IMG/VR virus record: IMGVR_UViG_3300031933_000117
Span: 2,688-66,687 of that record
From: a virus
DNA: 64,000 nucleotides
Reading direction: 5' to 3' (one strand)
In this document: positions 34,868 to 45,804 of the stretch, one piece after another
Position numbering within the stretch: position 1 is the stretch's first letter
Layout: each line of letters opens with the position of its first letter
The notes under the pieces: model-generated
The model's database searches: none
Seen by the model: only the letters and a program-made list of their open reading frames with translations
What the model was told of the DNA's origin: nothing
Program-made: the position numbers and the translations under genes

Positions 34868-37179
34868 TCAAATAGAGCAACTTTCGCAATCTTCTTCTTT
34901 AGAATCAGAAAGTTCTAATAGAAGTGATTGGAGGTCTTCTTTTGATTCTTCAACTACTTCATCGATCTTAATATCATATGTGTTTTGATAGTATGCTGTT
35001 TTATGCCCAACAGAGTAGGCATAAAGCATATCACCCGCCATTACGCTAACAGGAACTTCATTATCGGCATAATTCTGTGGATTATACGACCAGTTTCCAG
35101 AAATCGCTTGATCGAAGAACTTTTGCATAACTGCAACAATATTAATATAACCAGTATTGCCAGGCATATCCCACAGAAGCGTATAATTGTTCTTAAGAGT
35201 ATGATACTGGGGTACAATTTGTTTAAGAGGACCCTTCTTCGATTTTTTAACGGACAGTATCCACGAGGTGGTTCGATTCCATTAGTTGCGTTTGACACAA
35301 CGGAACTGCTCTCCGAAGGCATCTGTGCCGACAATGTTGAGTTCCTGACTCCGTATTGCTTAACTTGCTCCCTAAGGTTATTCCAATCATATTTTAAGTT
35401 GTTGGGGACAATTTCATCGACTTCCTTCTTATAAGTATCTATAGGAAGAATACCACGAGAGTATTTGGTTCGGTGAAAATATTCACAGGCACCCCTTTCT
35501 TTCGCAAGATTTGTAGATGCCAGAATAAGATAATATTGGAATGCTTCCGTCAAGTCATGAACGAGTTTCCAAGCAATAGGATCCTCGTATTTAACGCCGT
35601 TCTTGGCGAGATAATGTGCCAGACCAATATAACCCACCCCAAGAGAACGACGCCTCTTGGTGAAGTTCTCCGCCGCTTTTACGGGGTAATTCTGGTAGTC
35701 AATAATCTCATCCAAAGCACGGACAGAAAGATCGCAAAGTTCTTTCATATCATCAAGGTGCTTTAGTTTTCCCACATTAATCGCAGATAGAATACAAGTC
35801 GCAATTTCTGCATTCTCATCATCAATATGCTGAATTGGAACTGTGGGTTCTGTGATTTCCATACAAAGGTTACTCATATTAACCTTATCCAAATAAGAAC
35901 TGTGAGAGTTACAGTGATCGATATTCATAATGTAAATACGACCGGTCTCCGCTCTTTCCTTTAGAAGGTCCAGAAAAAGTTCTTGTGCTCCAATCGTTTT
36001 TCTTGGAATAGACTCATCTTGTTCCGCATTCACATATATCTCATCGAATAAATCTGTGCCAAAGGCATCATACATTCCGGGAACTGAATGTGGAGAGAAA
36101 AGTGTAATCTCCTCATTCTTGATAAATCGCTCATAGAACAGTTTGGAGATTTGGATTCCATAGTCTAATTTACGAACACGATTATCTTCGGTTCCTTTAT
36201 TATTTTTGAGAACTAAAATATCTTCTATTTCTTGGTGCCAGATAGGAAAGAAAACTGTAGCAGAACCACCTCTGATGCCGTTCTGAGTGCAGCATCGGAC
36301 AGTTGCCTCAAACTTCTTAAGGAAGGGCACCACGCCTGTGTGCTGTACCTCTCCGCCTCTGATTTTGCTATTGATGCCACGGATTCTACCAGCGTTAATG
36401 CCGATACCAGCCCTTTGTGAGACGTATTTACCAATAGCCATATCGCTGCTAAAGATACTATCGAGGGTGTCATCAACATCAACGAGAACACAAGATGCAA
36501 ATTGACGAAGTGGTGTTCTGACCCCTGCCATGATTGGTGTGGGAATGTTGATTCTGTGCCTACTGATTGCGTCATAATATCTCTTAACGTAATCCAAACG
36601 TGTTTCTTTTGGATATTTAGAGAAGATGGTCGCAGCGATCAAAAGGTACATAAACTGCGGAGTTTCATATAGTTCTCCGGTGCTGCGATCCTGTACCAAA
36701 TACTTATCCGCAACCTGACGAAGACCGGCATAAGTGAAGAGATAGTCCCTATCGTGATTTATAAAAGACTCAAGTTTCTCGAAATCCTCATCGGTATAAA
36801 AAGACAGGATCTCATCATCATAAACTCCCATCTCTACGCATCTTAAGGTATGCTCCTTTACGGTTGATGTCTCACGTATTCCCCCGAAGATTTGCTTACG
36901 AATCGCAAACAGAAGAAGACGAGCAGCAACAAACTGATAGTTTGGATGATCCAAATCAATTAAATCAGAAGCGGAGCGAATTAGAATCTCCTGAATCTCT
37001 GCGGTTGTAATGCCATCATAAAACTGAATGCCAGACTGCATTTCGACCTGACTTGCGGAAACTCCGGCAAGATCTTTACATGCTTCCTCCACCATTATAT
37101 GAAGTTTATTTAAATCTAGAGATTCGGTAGAACCGTTTCTTTTAAATACCTGTGTTCCGTTACTCATACTTTTTTCCAT
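34868..37179 (-). CDS. nrdA: Class Ia ribonucleotide reductase alpha subunit with apparent 1-nt frameshift near 35256
   Basis: ATP cone, PTP, SCVL, SNLCMEI, CILSAIN, SNATNGIEP; C-terminus (SVKKSKKGPLKQIVP...KTAYY...CESC) continues in a shifted frame. Confidence 0.9.
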
Positions 37180-38135
37180 TCGTTAAACTTTACTTTTGCT
37201 TCTAAACCTGAATAAGTATTTGATTCTAACATATTTTCCGGATCATAACCGGCAATTACAAGATCATTAATATCTTTTTGTTTAATACTTGTGGGCCATA
37301 TGACTACCTTATCACCTCTGTCGATGGTTTTTGAGATTCTGTTGATGATTTCTCTGTTGCGTGGTTCATTATCAAAAACCCAAATATAATCGCTCCAACC
37401 AAACGACCTAATATCAATATCGGACCCACACATGGCAACAGCATTTTTAATAAATGTGGAGTCGAATGGTCCTTCAACGATGTAAATTGGTTTTTTGGAA
37501 TCAATTTTTTCAAGTCCATAAATTTTTGGAGAATCATTATTAAGCATCACAGTGATATATTTATTGGTAGAAGATTCTATTGCTCTTCCCTGAAATCCAA
37601 TCAAATTATTATCAACATCATACATGGGTATAATGATACGAGATTCATCTTTATCAATATTCTTAAATGTATGTTTTTGTTGATTTACCCATTTTTTAAA
37701 GTTTTCGGCATAATAAAACTTTTCTGGATTGAGTTTTCTTTTCTCAAGATACTCTTTGGCAACAGGAACTTCTGATGCCTTTGGTAGATCTAATTTTTTT
37801 GTGAACTTTGGTTTACTGAACTCAAACTTTGGTTCTTCTACCACAAAGTTTTTTCCGGTGAATCCTTCTTTAAACTTCTCCAAAGTATATTGCTTATGAA
37901 GCATCGGGTCTATCTGTTTAAGAAAGTTATTAAAGGATAAACTTACTCCACAATTATGACACTTATAATTTGTGTTGTTCTTAATCTGGTACAAGTATCC
38001 TCTTGTTTTTGTTTTGTTCTTCTGGGAGTCGCCACAAATAGGGCATCGACAATTATAAAGATCTGCCTTAACTCTCTTGAACTTTTCCAAGCGAACCGAA
38101 ACTAATCCAATATACTTGGAATCAATTAAATCCAT
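37164..38135 (-). CDS. DNA primase (T4 gp61-like)
   Basis: CRCPICGDS zinc finger, FQGR, VEGPFDS TOPRIM, DNEPRN. Confidence 0.92.
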   Translation of the reverse strand: MDLIDSKYIGLVSVRLEKFKRVKADLYNCRCPICGDSQKNKTKTRGYLYQIKNNTNYKCHNCGVSLSFNNFLKQIDPMLHKQYTLEKFKEGFTGKNFVVEEPKFEFSKPKFTKKLDLPKASEVPVAKEYLEKRKLNPEKFYYAENFKKWVNQQKHTFKNIDKDESRIIIPMYDVDNNLIGFQGRAIESSTNKYITVMLNNDSPKIYGLEKIDSKKPIYIVEGPFDSTFIKNAVAMCGSDIDIRSFGWSDYIWVFDNEPRNREIINRISKTIDRGDKVVIWPTSIKQKDINDLVIAGYDPENMLESNTYSGLEAKVKFNEWKKV

Positions 38136-38149
38136 TATAAGAGGTTTTA

Positions 38150-38569
38150 TTACTTCTTGCTCTCTATTCTAACAGGTTGTGGGTCAGGAGTCAAGATGTC
38201 AATTATGACTGGAGACTGGGAAAGGGCAAATGAAATAAAAACAACGGCACCGAGTATCATCCAACGAAACTTTACAACTTCATCAATTTTAGTTTCTAAT
38301 CCATCTATTCTTTTTTCTACTTCTTTATGTTGAGATTTATTTTCACTTCTCATATCTTCAATTGATTTAGATATTGATTCATCCGTCTTCGAGCACTGGT
38401 CTATTTTTTCTTCATGGACCGCAAGCATTTTAGAAATGTTTTGACTGGTTTTACCCATGATCTGAATTGCTTCGTCTATTTTTCTCATCATGACCTCATA
38501 AGAAGATAAACGTTCTTCTAAGACAGCGAGTTTTGTTTCTGAATTTGTAGGTTTGTTATCGAAGATCAT
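38150..38569 (-). CDS. Hypothetical coiled-coil protein with C-terminal TM helix
   Basis: ORF composition. Confidence 0.6.
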   Translation of the reverse strand: MIFDNKPTNSETKLAVLEERLSSYEVMMRKIDEAIQIMGKTSQNISKMLAVHEEKIDQCSKTDESISKSIEDMRSENKSQHKEVEKRIDGLETKIDEVVKFRWMILGAVVFISFALSQSPVIIDILTPDPQPVRIESKK

Positions 38570-38630
38570 TTTTAGGAACCTGAGGATTACTTGACTCTAC
38601 AAAAACTAAAATCTCAAGTAGATTATATGA

Positions 38631-38882
38631 TTATTTATTGGTTTTAGATTTATTTAATTTTCTTTTTTTAGCAAAAAACTTTCTATATCCGGGAGGCAAT
38701 CTTCTCATAAGATTAGTTTTACGCCCTAATGGTTTAGGATACCCGGCAGTGGGAGATGGTGATTTCTCGCTATATCCCGCCACTTCCGGAGTACTACCAG
38801 TATTGTTTGTGGGTGCCCCTACACTCATACCTTCTTCTTTAAGATTTCTAATAATCGAAATAAGTTTATCTATTTTATTCAT
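38631..38882 (-). CDS. Hypothetical protein
   Basis: ORF in operon. Confidence 0.55.
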   Translation of the reverse strand: MNKIDKLISIIRNLKEEGMSVGAPTNNTGSTPEVAGYSEKSPSPTAGYPKPLGRKTNLMRRLPPGYRKFFAKKRKLNKSKTNK

Positions 38883-38883
38883 A

Positions 38884-39255
38884 TTAGATTTTTTGTAAGT
38901 GAGAAAGGCAATTCTGATCTACTTCAATATCATGTATTTGAGTTCTTGGATATTCTGGTAGGCGATTCAAAAATATTAAAAAACTTTTAATCGAAGACCA
39001 AAGATCTTTATCTAAACTATAAAACAATAGAGGAACTGCGGCATCATTAAAAACATTAAAAAGAATAATAAGATGATTCAATATTAAATGTGTTTTTAAT
39101 TCTCCGGTATTCTTATATCTTTTTAATAATCTTTTTACATACCGTATTCTTTTCAAGTCAGCCTCAAAATCCTCCATCGTCACAGATTGAGGATTTTCAT
39201 AATATTTAATTGCAAATAATATATAATTATTCTCATTCAACTCATCAAATCTCAT
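38884..39255 (-). CDS. Conserved T4-like phage hypothetical protein
   Basis: FEADLKRIRYVKRLL...LILNHLIIL motif. Confidence 0.65.
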   Translation of the reverse strand: MRFDELNENNYILFAIKYYENPQSVTMEDFEADLKRIRYVKRLLKRYKNTGELKTHLILNHLIILFNVFNDAAVPLLFYSLDKDLWSSIKSFLIFLNRLPEYPRTQIHDIEVDQNCLSHLQKI

Positions 39256-39261
39256 ATATTA

Positions 39262-40137
39262 TTATGTGTAATCAAGAGTTGCGGCGCTAGAAGTTGCTGT
39301 TGCTCCACCAGTTGAAGTAACCACGGCACGATACTGGAATCCATCAGGAATATCAGCACCAACCGTTGTTGAACCAATTCCGACTGTTGAGGTGGTTACG
39401 TTGCTATAGATTCCAGTATTGGTGAGGTTAGTGAACCCGGCACCGACATAGGAAGCATACTGCCATTGGAATGTAAGAGCATCAGTTGGTGTTGCGGTTG
39501 CGACAACACTAAACAATTGTGCCGCAGTTGTAGAAACTCCACTCAGACTTACTGGTTGAGTAGTAATCGTAATGTAACGGTCTGGGAATACTACATCATC
39601 AAGAGCATCACCAGTTGTACCATAAGTTGCGGGAACATTAGAACTGATGCCAGACATAGCAACAAGAACTTCTGACTTAACTCTCAGATTTCCATGCATA
39701 TCAGTATAAGTATGTATTCCAACCCAACCAGCGTGTGCTACTTTATACTTAGAACCGGTTGCAGCATTGGCGGCGGCTTCATATTCGTCTACACCGTAAA
39801 CCGCATTAGTTGAAGAAGAATTACCAATACCAGGTATTGTTGAATAATTCTTATCTTCAAGAGTATAAACCGGTTTTTGAGTTAGAGTATAACCAACTCC
39901 AGAAATTGCCGCTCCACTCAGATATTGAGTTGTTGCGATTGAAATAACTCGGTCAGAAGTAATTCCAGAAATTACTGCTTGCCCGTATGTGCCCCCTACA
40001 CCAATAACAATTACAGTTCCTGTTGAAATGCCAGCAGCTGTGAATGAAGTTCCTGCTCCCGTAATAGTTTCATTTGCGTAATTTACTTCAACTGTACCAG
40101 GAGAAAATAGATTGTCTGCCTTGCCCCAAAGAGCCAT
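39262..40137 (-). CDS. Virion structural protein with C-terminal Ig-like domain
   Basis: Gly/Thr/Ser-rich; ITITTQP...LTFQWQ...QYRAVVT; late promoter upstream. Confidence 0.65.
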   Translation of the reverse strand: MALWGKADNLFSPGTVEVNYANETITGAGTSFTAAGISTGTVIVIGVGGTYGQAVISGITSDRVISIATTQYLSGAAISGVGYTLTQKPVYTLEDKNYSTIPGIGNSSSTNAVYGVDEYEAAANAATGSKYKVAHAGWVGIHTYTDMHGNLRVKSEVLVAMSGISSNVPATYGTTGDALDDVVFPDRYITITTQPVSLSGVSTTAAQLFSVVATATPTDALTFQWQYASYVGAGFTNLTNTGIYSNVTTSTVGIGSTTVGADIPDGFQYRAVVTSTGGATATSSAATLDYT

Positions 40138-40223
40138 GTTTCTTACCCTTAATTCTTTTATACTGATATTTATAAAAAAAGGAGACCTTATATTTGGTCT
40201 CCTTTATATTGATTTGTTTATAC

Positions 40224-40409
40224 TCAGGGTGTTGGGTCTTTGGCACCCTTATTTTCTAGAACTTTTCTTACTTGAAGAATAACAAATGATGCAAGTCCGT
40301 TTGATTTGACTTGTGGAACCGCTCCTAAAAGTTCAGAAACGATCAAAAGAATTGTTGCTACGGCTGCCTCGTTTGCGAGTACCCAAGCCCAGATTACTGC
40401 TACTGACAT
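40224..40409 (-). CDS. Small membrane protein
   Basis: Hydrophobic helices. Confidence 0.5.
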   Translation of the reverse strand: MSVAVIWAWVLANEAAVATILLIVSELLGAVPQVKSNGLASFVILQVRKVLENKGAKDPTP

Positions 40410-40453
40410 AATTTACCTCGTGTGGGGAGTATCCTGTATTATTTAGAATTAAT

Positions 40454-41962
40454 TTATCTTAATCTTGGATTTTTTTGACTGGGAGTTAATGCTGGATTAT
40501 CTCTATCATCACCATCGTCTCCGGAATTATTTTTATTACGTTTTAATTCAGGATATTTTTCCACAGGTTCACCTTTAAGCATTTTTTTCTTTTCTTTTTT
40601 TGTTCTTCCTGGATATACTCCAATATTTGTAGGATCATAAGTACCGCGAGGATTGGCAGATTGTCTTGGTTGTCTTATTCTTTGTTCTGCTTCATCAATC
40701 ACATCGCCTTCTGGTTCATAAGACATCTTAAGACCCATCGCCCTTAAATAATTTCTTCTAAGGTTATCTCGTGTCTTATTGGAACGGGGGTCATCTTCGC
40801 AAGTTTCTTCCTCACTTTTCTTTTTTTTATCATCATAATCCATTTCTTCCTCTACTTTTACTTTTTCAGGAAGACCTTTGTGAGAAGTTCTGGCAAACTT
40901 TTTGAGTTCTTTTCTTCCCATTTTTGCCATTTGTTTTACGGCATCACTCGCATCAGGCATATTTCCATCAAGATATTCAAGAGCCATAGCAGCAAGTTGT
41001 TGTTGATTTTGACTTACTGCTTTTTCCTGAAGAGAATGGACCTTTTTAAGAAACTTGGAATATCCGGTTTCTGCGATCATCTCACCCTCAAGTTCTTGAT
41101 GCATCGTCAAGTCATCTTTCGTTGAGGGACCATGAACTTTATAGTTATTTTTTCCTTTCATCGGTTTAATTTGTTTATTTTCATCTCCATTATCCTTTTC
41201 GCCTATAAACTCCTCTTTAACTTTTTTTTTACCGCCCATTTGATCTTTTCCGGTAGCACCAGCGATAACATCACCCCGAGTTACTTTATTATAAGGAGGA
41301 TAATTATTAGCAAGATTCCCATCATTATTTTTTAGACCCTTACCTGCCGCCACACTTGCGGTTTGAGCGCCCCTTGTTCTTTCGCTTTCATTTGGTTCTG
41401 GACTTCCGTAGAGGTCAAGCATTTCTACGGAAACAATATTTGGATTTGCGCGAAGTTCGTTAATTTTTGAACGATTTGCCATCCGAATATAAGAGTTTCC
41501 AGTATCCTTATCAGTTACTCGTACCTTATATTTTCTCTCTTCTGGACCTTGATCCGCCTCACTTAATTCCCTTTTAAGTTTCTCAATATATTCTTCATCA
41601 ATAACTCTAGAAGGTTGTTCCACAAAAACGGAATAAAGTGCCTTGGCAACATTCTGTGAGGCAAACTCCTTCATTTCTCTTACTTGAGTATCTCCCATCA
41701 CAATTTTCCTTGCTCTTGCTTTAATTGGTTGCGAATACTCAGAAGAATCTATTTTTTCCAAGACTGCCTTTGTGACCGAAGCAGGATCCATTCTGCTATC
41801 TGGACCCATTTCTTTGCGAACTTTATACCTCGCATCATATACACACTGTTTTGCTTTTTTCTCCATATCTCCACCACCACCATCTACTGCTGGTCCTCCA
41901 CCTGTACTTGCGGCAGGAGCAAACTTTCTTGCTGGCAAATCTTCAGAAATATTCCTTTTCAT
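40454..41962 (-). CDS. Hypothetical protein (possible head-associated protein)
   Basis: Long ORF rich in xxE motifs and charged stretches. Confidence 0.6.
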   Translation of the reverse strand: MKRNISEDLPARKFAPAASTGGGPAVDGGGGDMEKKAKQCVYDARYKVRKEMGPDSRMDPASVTKAVLEKIDSSEYSQPIKARARKIVMGDTQVREMKEFASQNVAKALYSVFVEQPSRVIDEEYIEKLKRELSEADQGPEERKYKVRVTDKDTGNSYIRMANRSKINELRANPNIVSVEMLDLYGSPEPNESERTRGAQTASVAAGKGLKNNDGNLANNYPPYNKVTRGDVIAGATGKDQMGGKKKVKEEFIGEKDNGDENKQIKPMKGKNNYKVHGPSTKDDLTMHQELEGEMIAETGYSKFLKKVHSLQEKAVSQNQQQLAAMALEYLDGNMPDASDAVKQMAKMGRKELKKFARTSHKGLPEKVKVEEEMDYDDKKKKSEEETCEDDPRSNKTRDNLRRNYLRAMGLKMSYEPEGDVIDEAEQRIRQPRQSANPRGTYDPTNIGVYPGRTKKEKKKMLKGEPVEKYPELKRNKNNSGDDGDDRDNPALTPSQKNPRLR

Positions 41963-41971
41963 TTGATTAGA

Positions 41972-43183
41972 TTACTGATACGCTTTTCTATGCTTATTTA
42001 TGAAGTTTTTAATCTCTTCTATTTTTTGTTCTCTTAAACTTTTATTTCTATTTCTTGGAGCATGATACTCCGAAACATCTCTAATCCAAGACTTAAACAT
42101 CATTTCAGATTCTGTTACACAGATTAGATAATTTGTTCCTCTACGAATAATTTTTCCAACCAGACCGGTATTTAGATTTTCAACCAATTGCCCGATTTGG
42201 AATATTTTTTCATTTACATAATTTTCACGAAGAGACTTGAAATCTAACTTTGGAGCAATATCCCAGATATCCCAACTTTCTTTGATTCTCATCGAACCAC
42301 GAAGAATATCAAATAGTTCTTTTGCTTCTGATCTCTTTACATCAGGAGGAAGACCGGATCTAAATGTCTTAAAATCATTTTCCGCAGCGGCAAGTCTCAT
42401 TCTTGATGCCGACATTCCTTCTACACCTTTCGCATCAGGATCTCTGTCCCCAGAAGAAATAATCTCAATATTATCAAATTGATATAGTTCCCCGTTATAA
42501 TTATTGGATAATTTCTCAAACTCCTTTACTCTATCGGCACCACCCACAATTCTTACACCAGCATATCCATCATTATGTGCCATCCTTAACACATCAAAGA
42601 TTGTTTTGGTATTAGGATCATTTACGATGTTTCCAGCGTGAGTTGGATAAAATCGCTGCATATAATCAATCTTTGTATCAGGATCTAATGGATTTTTCTT
42701 TTTATCCTGACTGCGTGATGGGAAAATTAGATATTGACCGTCTTCATCCCCTGCAGCAGCATTTGCGGCAACATCCATAAGTTGCTGATGCCCTATTGTA
42801 GGAGGATTAAATCTTCCAAAAGCAACGGTTAAAGTTCCCTTTGTTTTTTCTACCGGAGGTGGTCCAACTTGCTCTGGTGCTACTGCTTGCTGTTGTAGTG
42901 CTGGTTCTTGTTGAGGTACTGGTTGTGCCGCTGGTTGTGGTTTGTTATGGTCGTTATAACTTGGAGAAGGAATACTTTTTTCGTGTTCTGTTTGATTAGG
43001 ATCTTTTGCTCCTATTCTCTGTCTCTTGTTATAAAATACTAATTCATCTCCTTTCGTTTTCGCAACAAACTCCCCGGTTCTTGGATCTACCCATCCTCCG
43101 TGCCCGTCAGTTCCCAGATTAAGTTTTTTAGCGTGTTCTTTCGCTGAGATTGCTTCGTATATAAACTGACGAAAAGATTTCAT
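41972..43183 (-). CDS. Cytidylyltransferase-like nucleotidyltransferase
   Basis: FGRFNPPTIGH HxGH-type motif, VGGADR, SASRMR; CTS-like N-terminus MKSFRQFIYE. Confidence 0.8.
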   Translation of the reverse strand: MKSFRQFIYEAISAKEHAKKLNLGTDGHGGWVDPRTGEFVAKTKGDELVFYNKRQRIGAKDPNQTEHEKSIPSPSYNDHNKPQPAAQPVPQQEPALQQQAVAPEQVGPPPVEKTKGTLTVAFGRFNPPTIGHQQLMDVAANAAAGDEDGQYLIFPSRSQDKKKNPLDPDTKIDYMQRFYPTHAGNIVNDPNTKTIFDVLRMAHNDGYAGVRIVGGADRVKEFEKLSNNYNGELYQFDNIEIISSGDRDPDAKGVEGMSASRMRLAAAENDFKTFRSGLPPDVKRSEAKELFDILRGSMRIKESWDIWDIAPKLDFKSLRENYVNEKIFQIGQLVENLNTGLVGKIIRRGTNYLICVTESEMMFKSWIRDVSEYHAPRNRNKSLREQKIEEIKNFINKHRKAYQ

Positions 43184-43416
43184 TTTTTACTGGTAATTTT
43201 TTTCTTAATTATATTGTTTATGAGAATCTTATTGGATAGAATATACTGAAGAATACTCTTTCTCATTTTAATATATTTATTCTTTATGATTTCTTTTTTT
43301 TCTTTTTTGATTTTTTCATCAAATGAGAAGTAAAAATATTTCAGAAAATCACCAAATGTTAATTTCTTTTCGTTTTTTATAAACTCAGCAATATAATCAT
43401 TTACAAGTTGTTTCAT
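43180..43416 (-). CDS. Hypothetical basic protein
   Basis: ORF in operon. Confidence 0.45.
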   Translation of the reverse strand: MKQLVNDYIAEFIKNEKKLTFGDFLKYFYFSFDEKIKKEKKEIIKNKYIKMRKSILQYILSNKILINNIIKKKITSKK

Positions 43417-43461
43417 AGAAACAGCACATTATACATTATTTATTCTTACAAAAAATACAAT

Positions 43462-43872
43462 CTAAATGTCTCCTTCTTCACGATGTTCGCTATAATACAC
43501 ATCGAAAAATCCGGCTGGATAACGCTTCATCAGTTTATCAATATTAGTCTCAATTACTTCGTCAAAAGAAACATCAAGGGCAATACACGCTTGTGCCACA
43601 TACCACATCGTATCACCGAGTTCTTTAATTAGGTGAGTTCGGGTCTCATCATTCCAAGATTTACCCTGAAAGACCATTTTCTTTACAATCTCCAAGAACT
43701 CGCCACCTTCGGCATTAATACCAACAGAAGCGGTTAAAAGACGCTCAATATTAGCACCCTTTTCATCCAACTGAACCATACGATCTGATAGAGCAAGAAA
43801 ATCTTTGGACGCATCAGATGTTACTGCGTCTACAAAGTTCTGATACTTATTAAAATCTACTTTTTGTGCCAT
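43462..43872 (-). CDS. mazG: MazG-like nucleotide pyrophosphohydrolase
   Basis: Likely start MAQKVDF; AEGGEFLEIVKK, KELGDTMWY, NIDKL..RYP. Confidence 0.88.
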   Translation of the reverse strand: MAQKVDFNKYQNFVDAVTSDASKDFLALSDRMVQLDEKGANIERLLTASVGINAEGGEFLEIVKKMVFQGKSWNDETRTHLIKELGDTMWYVAQACIALDVSFDEVIETNIDKLMKRYPAGFFDVYYSEHREEGDI

Positions 43873-43873
43873 A

Positions 43874-45250
43874 CTAAAACTTAAATCCCTCGAATGATTT
43901 TTTTGGTTTGGTTTCTTCGTAATTATACTCTGGTTCCTGCCCGCTGTCAAGTATGTCTTTTTGTGCTGACTGTTCTACATCATAAAGTCTCATTTTAGCG
44001 CGGTCAATACCAACAACAAAACGCTTGAAGATTGATTTATCACCGTAACGATTTTTTAACTGCTTTATCATAATTTGATTCAGTCCTTCTAATTCTTCGG
44101 TGCTGATAAGAGCAACAAGAAAGTCGGCAGTCGCAGGAAGTCCAAAAGATTCTGAAGTATCCGTGATTTCAACATCTGATGAACTAAAACCGCTACGTGT
44201 CGTCTGTGTGGCGCTGAAAATTGGAACATCGTGCTCCACAGCGAGACCACGAAGTTCTTCGGCAATTGATTTAATTATGCTATAAGAATTGATATTACTT
44301 CCGGCACGAAATCTAGATGACGCACAGATATTAATATAATCAATAAAAATAACATCAGGTCTGAAAGATTTCTTAAGAGAAAGTTCATTTAGAAGTGCCT
44401 TAAAGTGCCCGGAGTGTGCGGAGGCAGTTGGATACTCCTTGATAATTAAGGTTCCTTTTGTTTTTTCTGCGAGTTTAGATGCCTTATTAGTGAAAGTGGA
44501 TTTTGGTAAATCTTCCAATTGATTAATAGCAACGTTTAGCATATTAGCGTCCATTCTTTTGGCAATTTCTTCTTCTGCCATCTCCATAGTAATGTAGAGA
44601 ACATTTTTCGATTGAAGCAAAAAAGAAGATGCCATATGACACATCGCCAGAGTTTTGCCAACGTTTGTTCCGGCAAGAAAAATATTTAGAGTTTTATTTG
44701 GAACACCACCATTCGTAATTTTATTGAAGAAATCTAAATCAAACTCAAGACGATTTTCTTTCTTATGATAATACTCATAGCGTTCTTCATAATTAAGAAG
44801 ATAATCGTGACCGATATTATTATCAAAAGATACCGCTAGAGCATCAGAAAGAATACTGGGAATAGCATCTCTACCTTTTTTCTCATTATTTCCATCGGCA
44901 ATATGAATCGATTCCATAAGTGCCAGATAAATTGCCCGGTCACGACACCACCTCTCGGTAGTATCCAGTATCCACTGACTATCTACCGGACTATCATTAA
45001 GTTTAGAAAGTAGTTCTACAATTTCCTTACTTTCGGTTTCAGTTAAATCCTTACGATTATCAATCTCAATATTGAGTGCTTCTATCGTAATAGAAGACCC
45101 ATACTTAACAATAAACTTAACAATTTCCTCAAAAACTATTTTTTCTACTCTTTGTTCGTAATATTCCGGTTGAATAAATGGAATAACTTTTCTGGCATAG
45201 TCTTCATTAAATATTAAGTTTTTAAGAATTGTAATCTCAAGTCGTTCCAT
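43874..45250 (-). CDS. Replicative helicase (T4 gp41-like)
   Basis: AGTNVGKT Walker A, IFIDYINIC, ATQTTR, SESFGLPATAD, KNRYGD; uninterrupted. Confidence 0.93.
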   Translation of the reverse strand: MERLEITILKNLIFNEDYARKVIPFIQPEYYEQRVEKIVFEEIVKFIVKYGSSITIEALNIEIDNRKDLTETESKEIVELLSKLNDSPVDSQWILDTTERWCRDRAIYLALMESIHIADGNNEKKGRDAIPSILSDALAVSFDNNIGHDYLLNYEERYEYYHKKENRLEFDLDFFNKITNGGVPNKTLNIFLAGTNVGKTLAMCHMASSFLLQSKNVLYITMEMAEEEIAKRMDANMLNVAINQLEDLPKSTFTNKASKLAEKTKGTLIIKEYPTASAHSGHFKALLNELSLKKSFRPDVIFIDYINICASSRFRAGSNINSYSIIKSIAEELRGLAVEHDVPIFSATQTTRSGFSSSDVEITDTSESFGLPATADFLVALISTEELEGLNQIMIKQLKNRYGDKSIFKRFVVGIDRAKMRLYDVEQSAQKDILDSGQEPEYNYEETKPKKSFEGFKF

Positions 45251-45258
45251 TATTTTAT

Positions 45259-45804
45259 TCAAAGATTGCTTTTATGATGCGGAACGTCAAATACAAAAGT
45301 AATTCTAACGTTGTCGCCAATATTAACTGCCTTATGAGGTAGTTTATTATTAAACCAGAAGAGTGTTCCGGGTTCGACAATTATGGTTTCGTCCCCAACA
45401 GTATATTCGTATTTGCCCTGAATGGAAAGATGATATCTGTCTTTTGTAAGATAATAAGTTCCTTCGTCAATATGAGAACCCACAATTTCACCAACTGGAA
45501 GCGCCAGAAACGCACAACGTCGAAGTTTCTTAAAATACTTACTTAAGTAATTAAGAATCTCTGTATGTTTTTCATATGCCGGGGTTTTAATACATATTTC
45601 AGTATTTCCAACATATTGACCTTCAGTCTCAACTCCACCCACAATAAGTTGTAGAACATCCACAGTAACTGTATATTTTGTGGGGTCTAATTGTTCCACA
45701 TCTTTAATATTTTTTTGAGAACCCCAATCTTCTGGATGTTCCTTAAGTTGTTCTAATATTTTAGAGACATTTACATTAGTTTTTATAATGCGAATATTTT
45801 TCAT
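45259..45804 (-). CDS. Aspartyl/asparaginyl beta-hydroxylase-like 2OG-Fe(II) oxygenase
   Basis: SHIDEG, RYHL, FWFNNKLPHKAVN...RITFVFD. Confidence 0.75.
   Translation of the reverse strand: MKNIRIIKTNVNVSKILEQLKEHPEDWGSQKNIKDVEQLDPTKYTVTVDVLQLIVGGVETEGQYVGNTEICIKTPAYEKHTEILNYLSKYFKKLRRCAFLALPVGEIVGSHIDEGTYYLTKDRYHLSIQGKYEYTVGDETIIVEPGTLFWFNNKLPHKAVNIGDNVRITFVFDVPHHKSNL

Noticed and set aside
43874-45250. Intein in gp41 helicase (a frequent intein host)
   Set aside because: Length and motifs are continuous, with no insertion.
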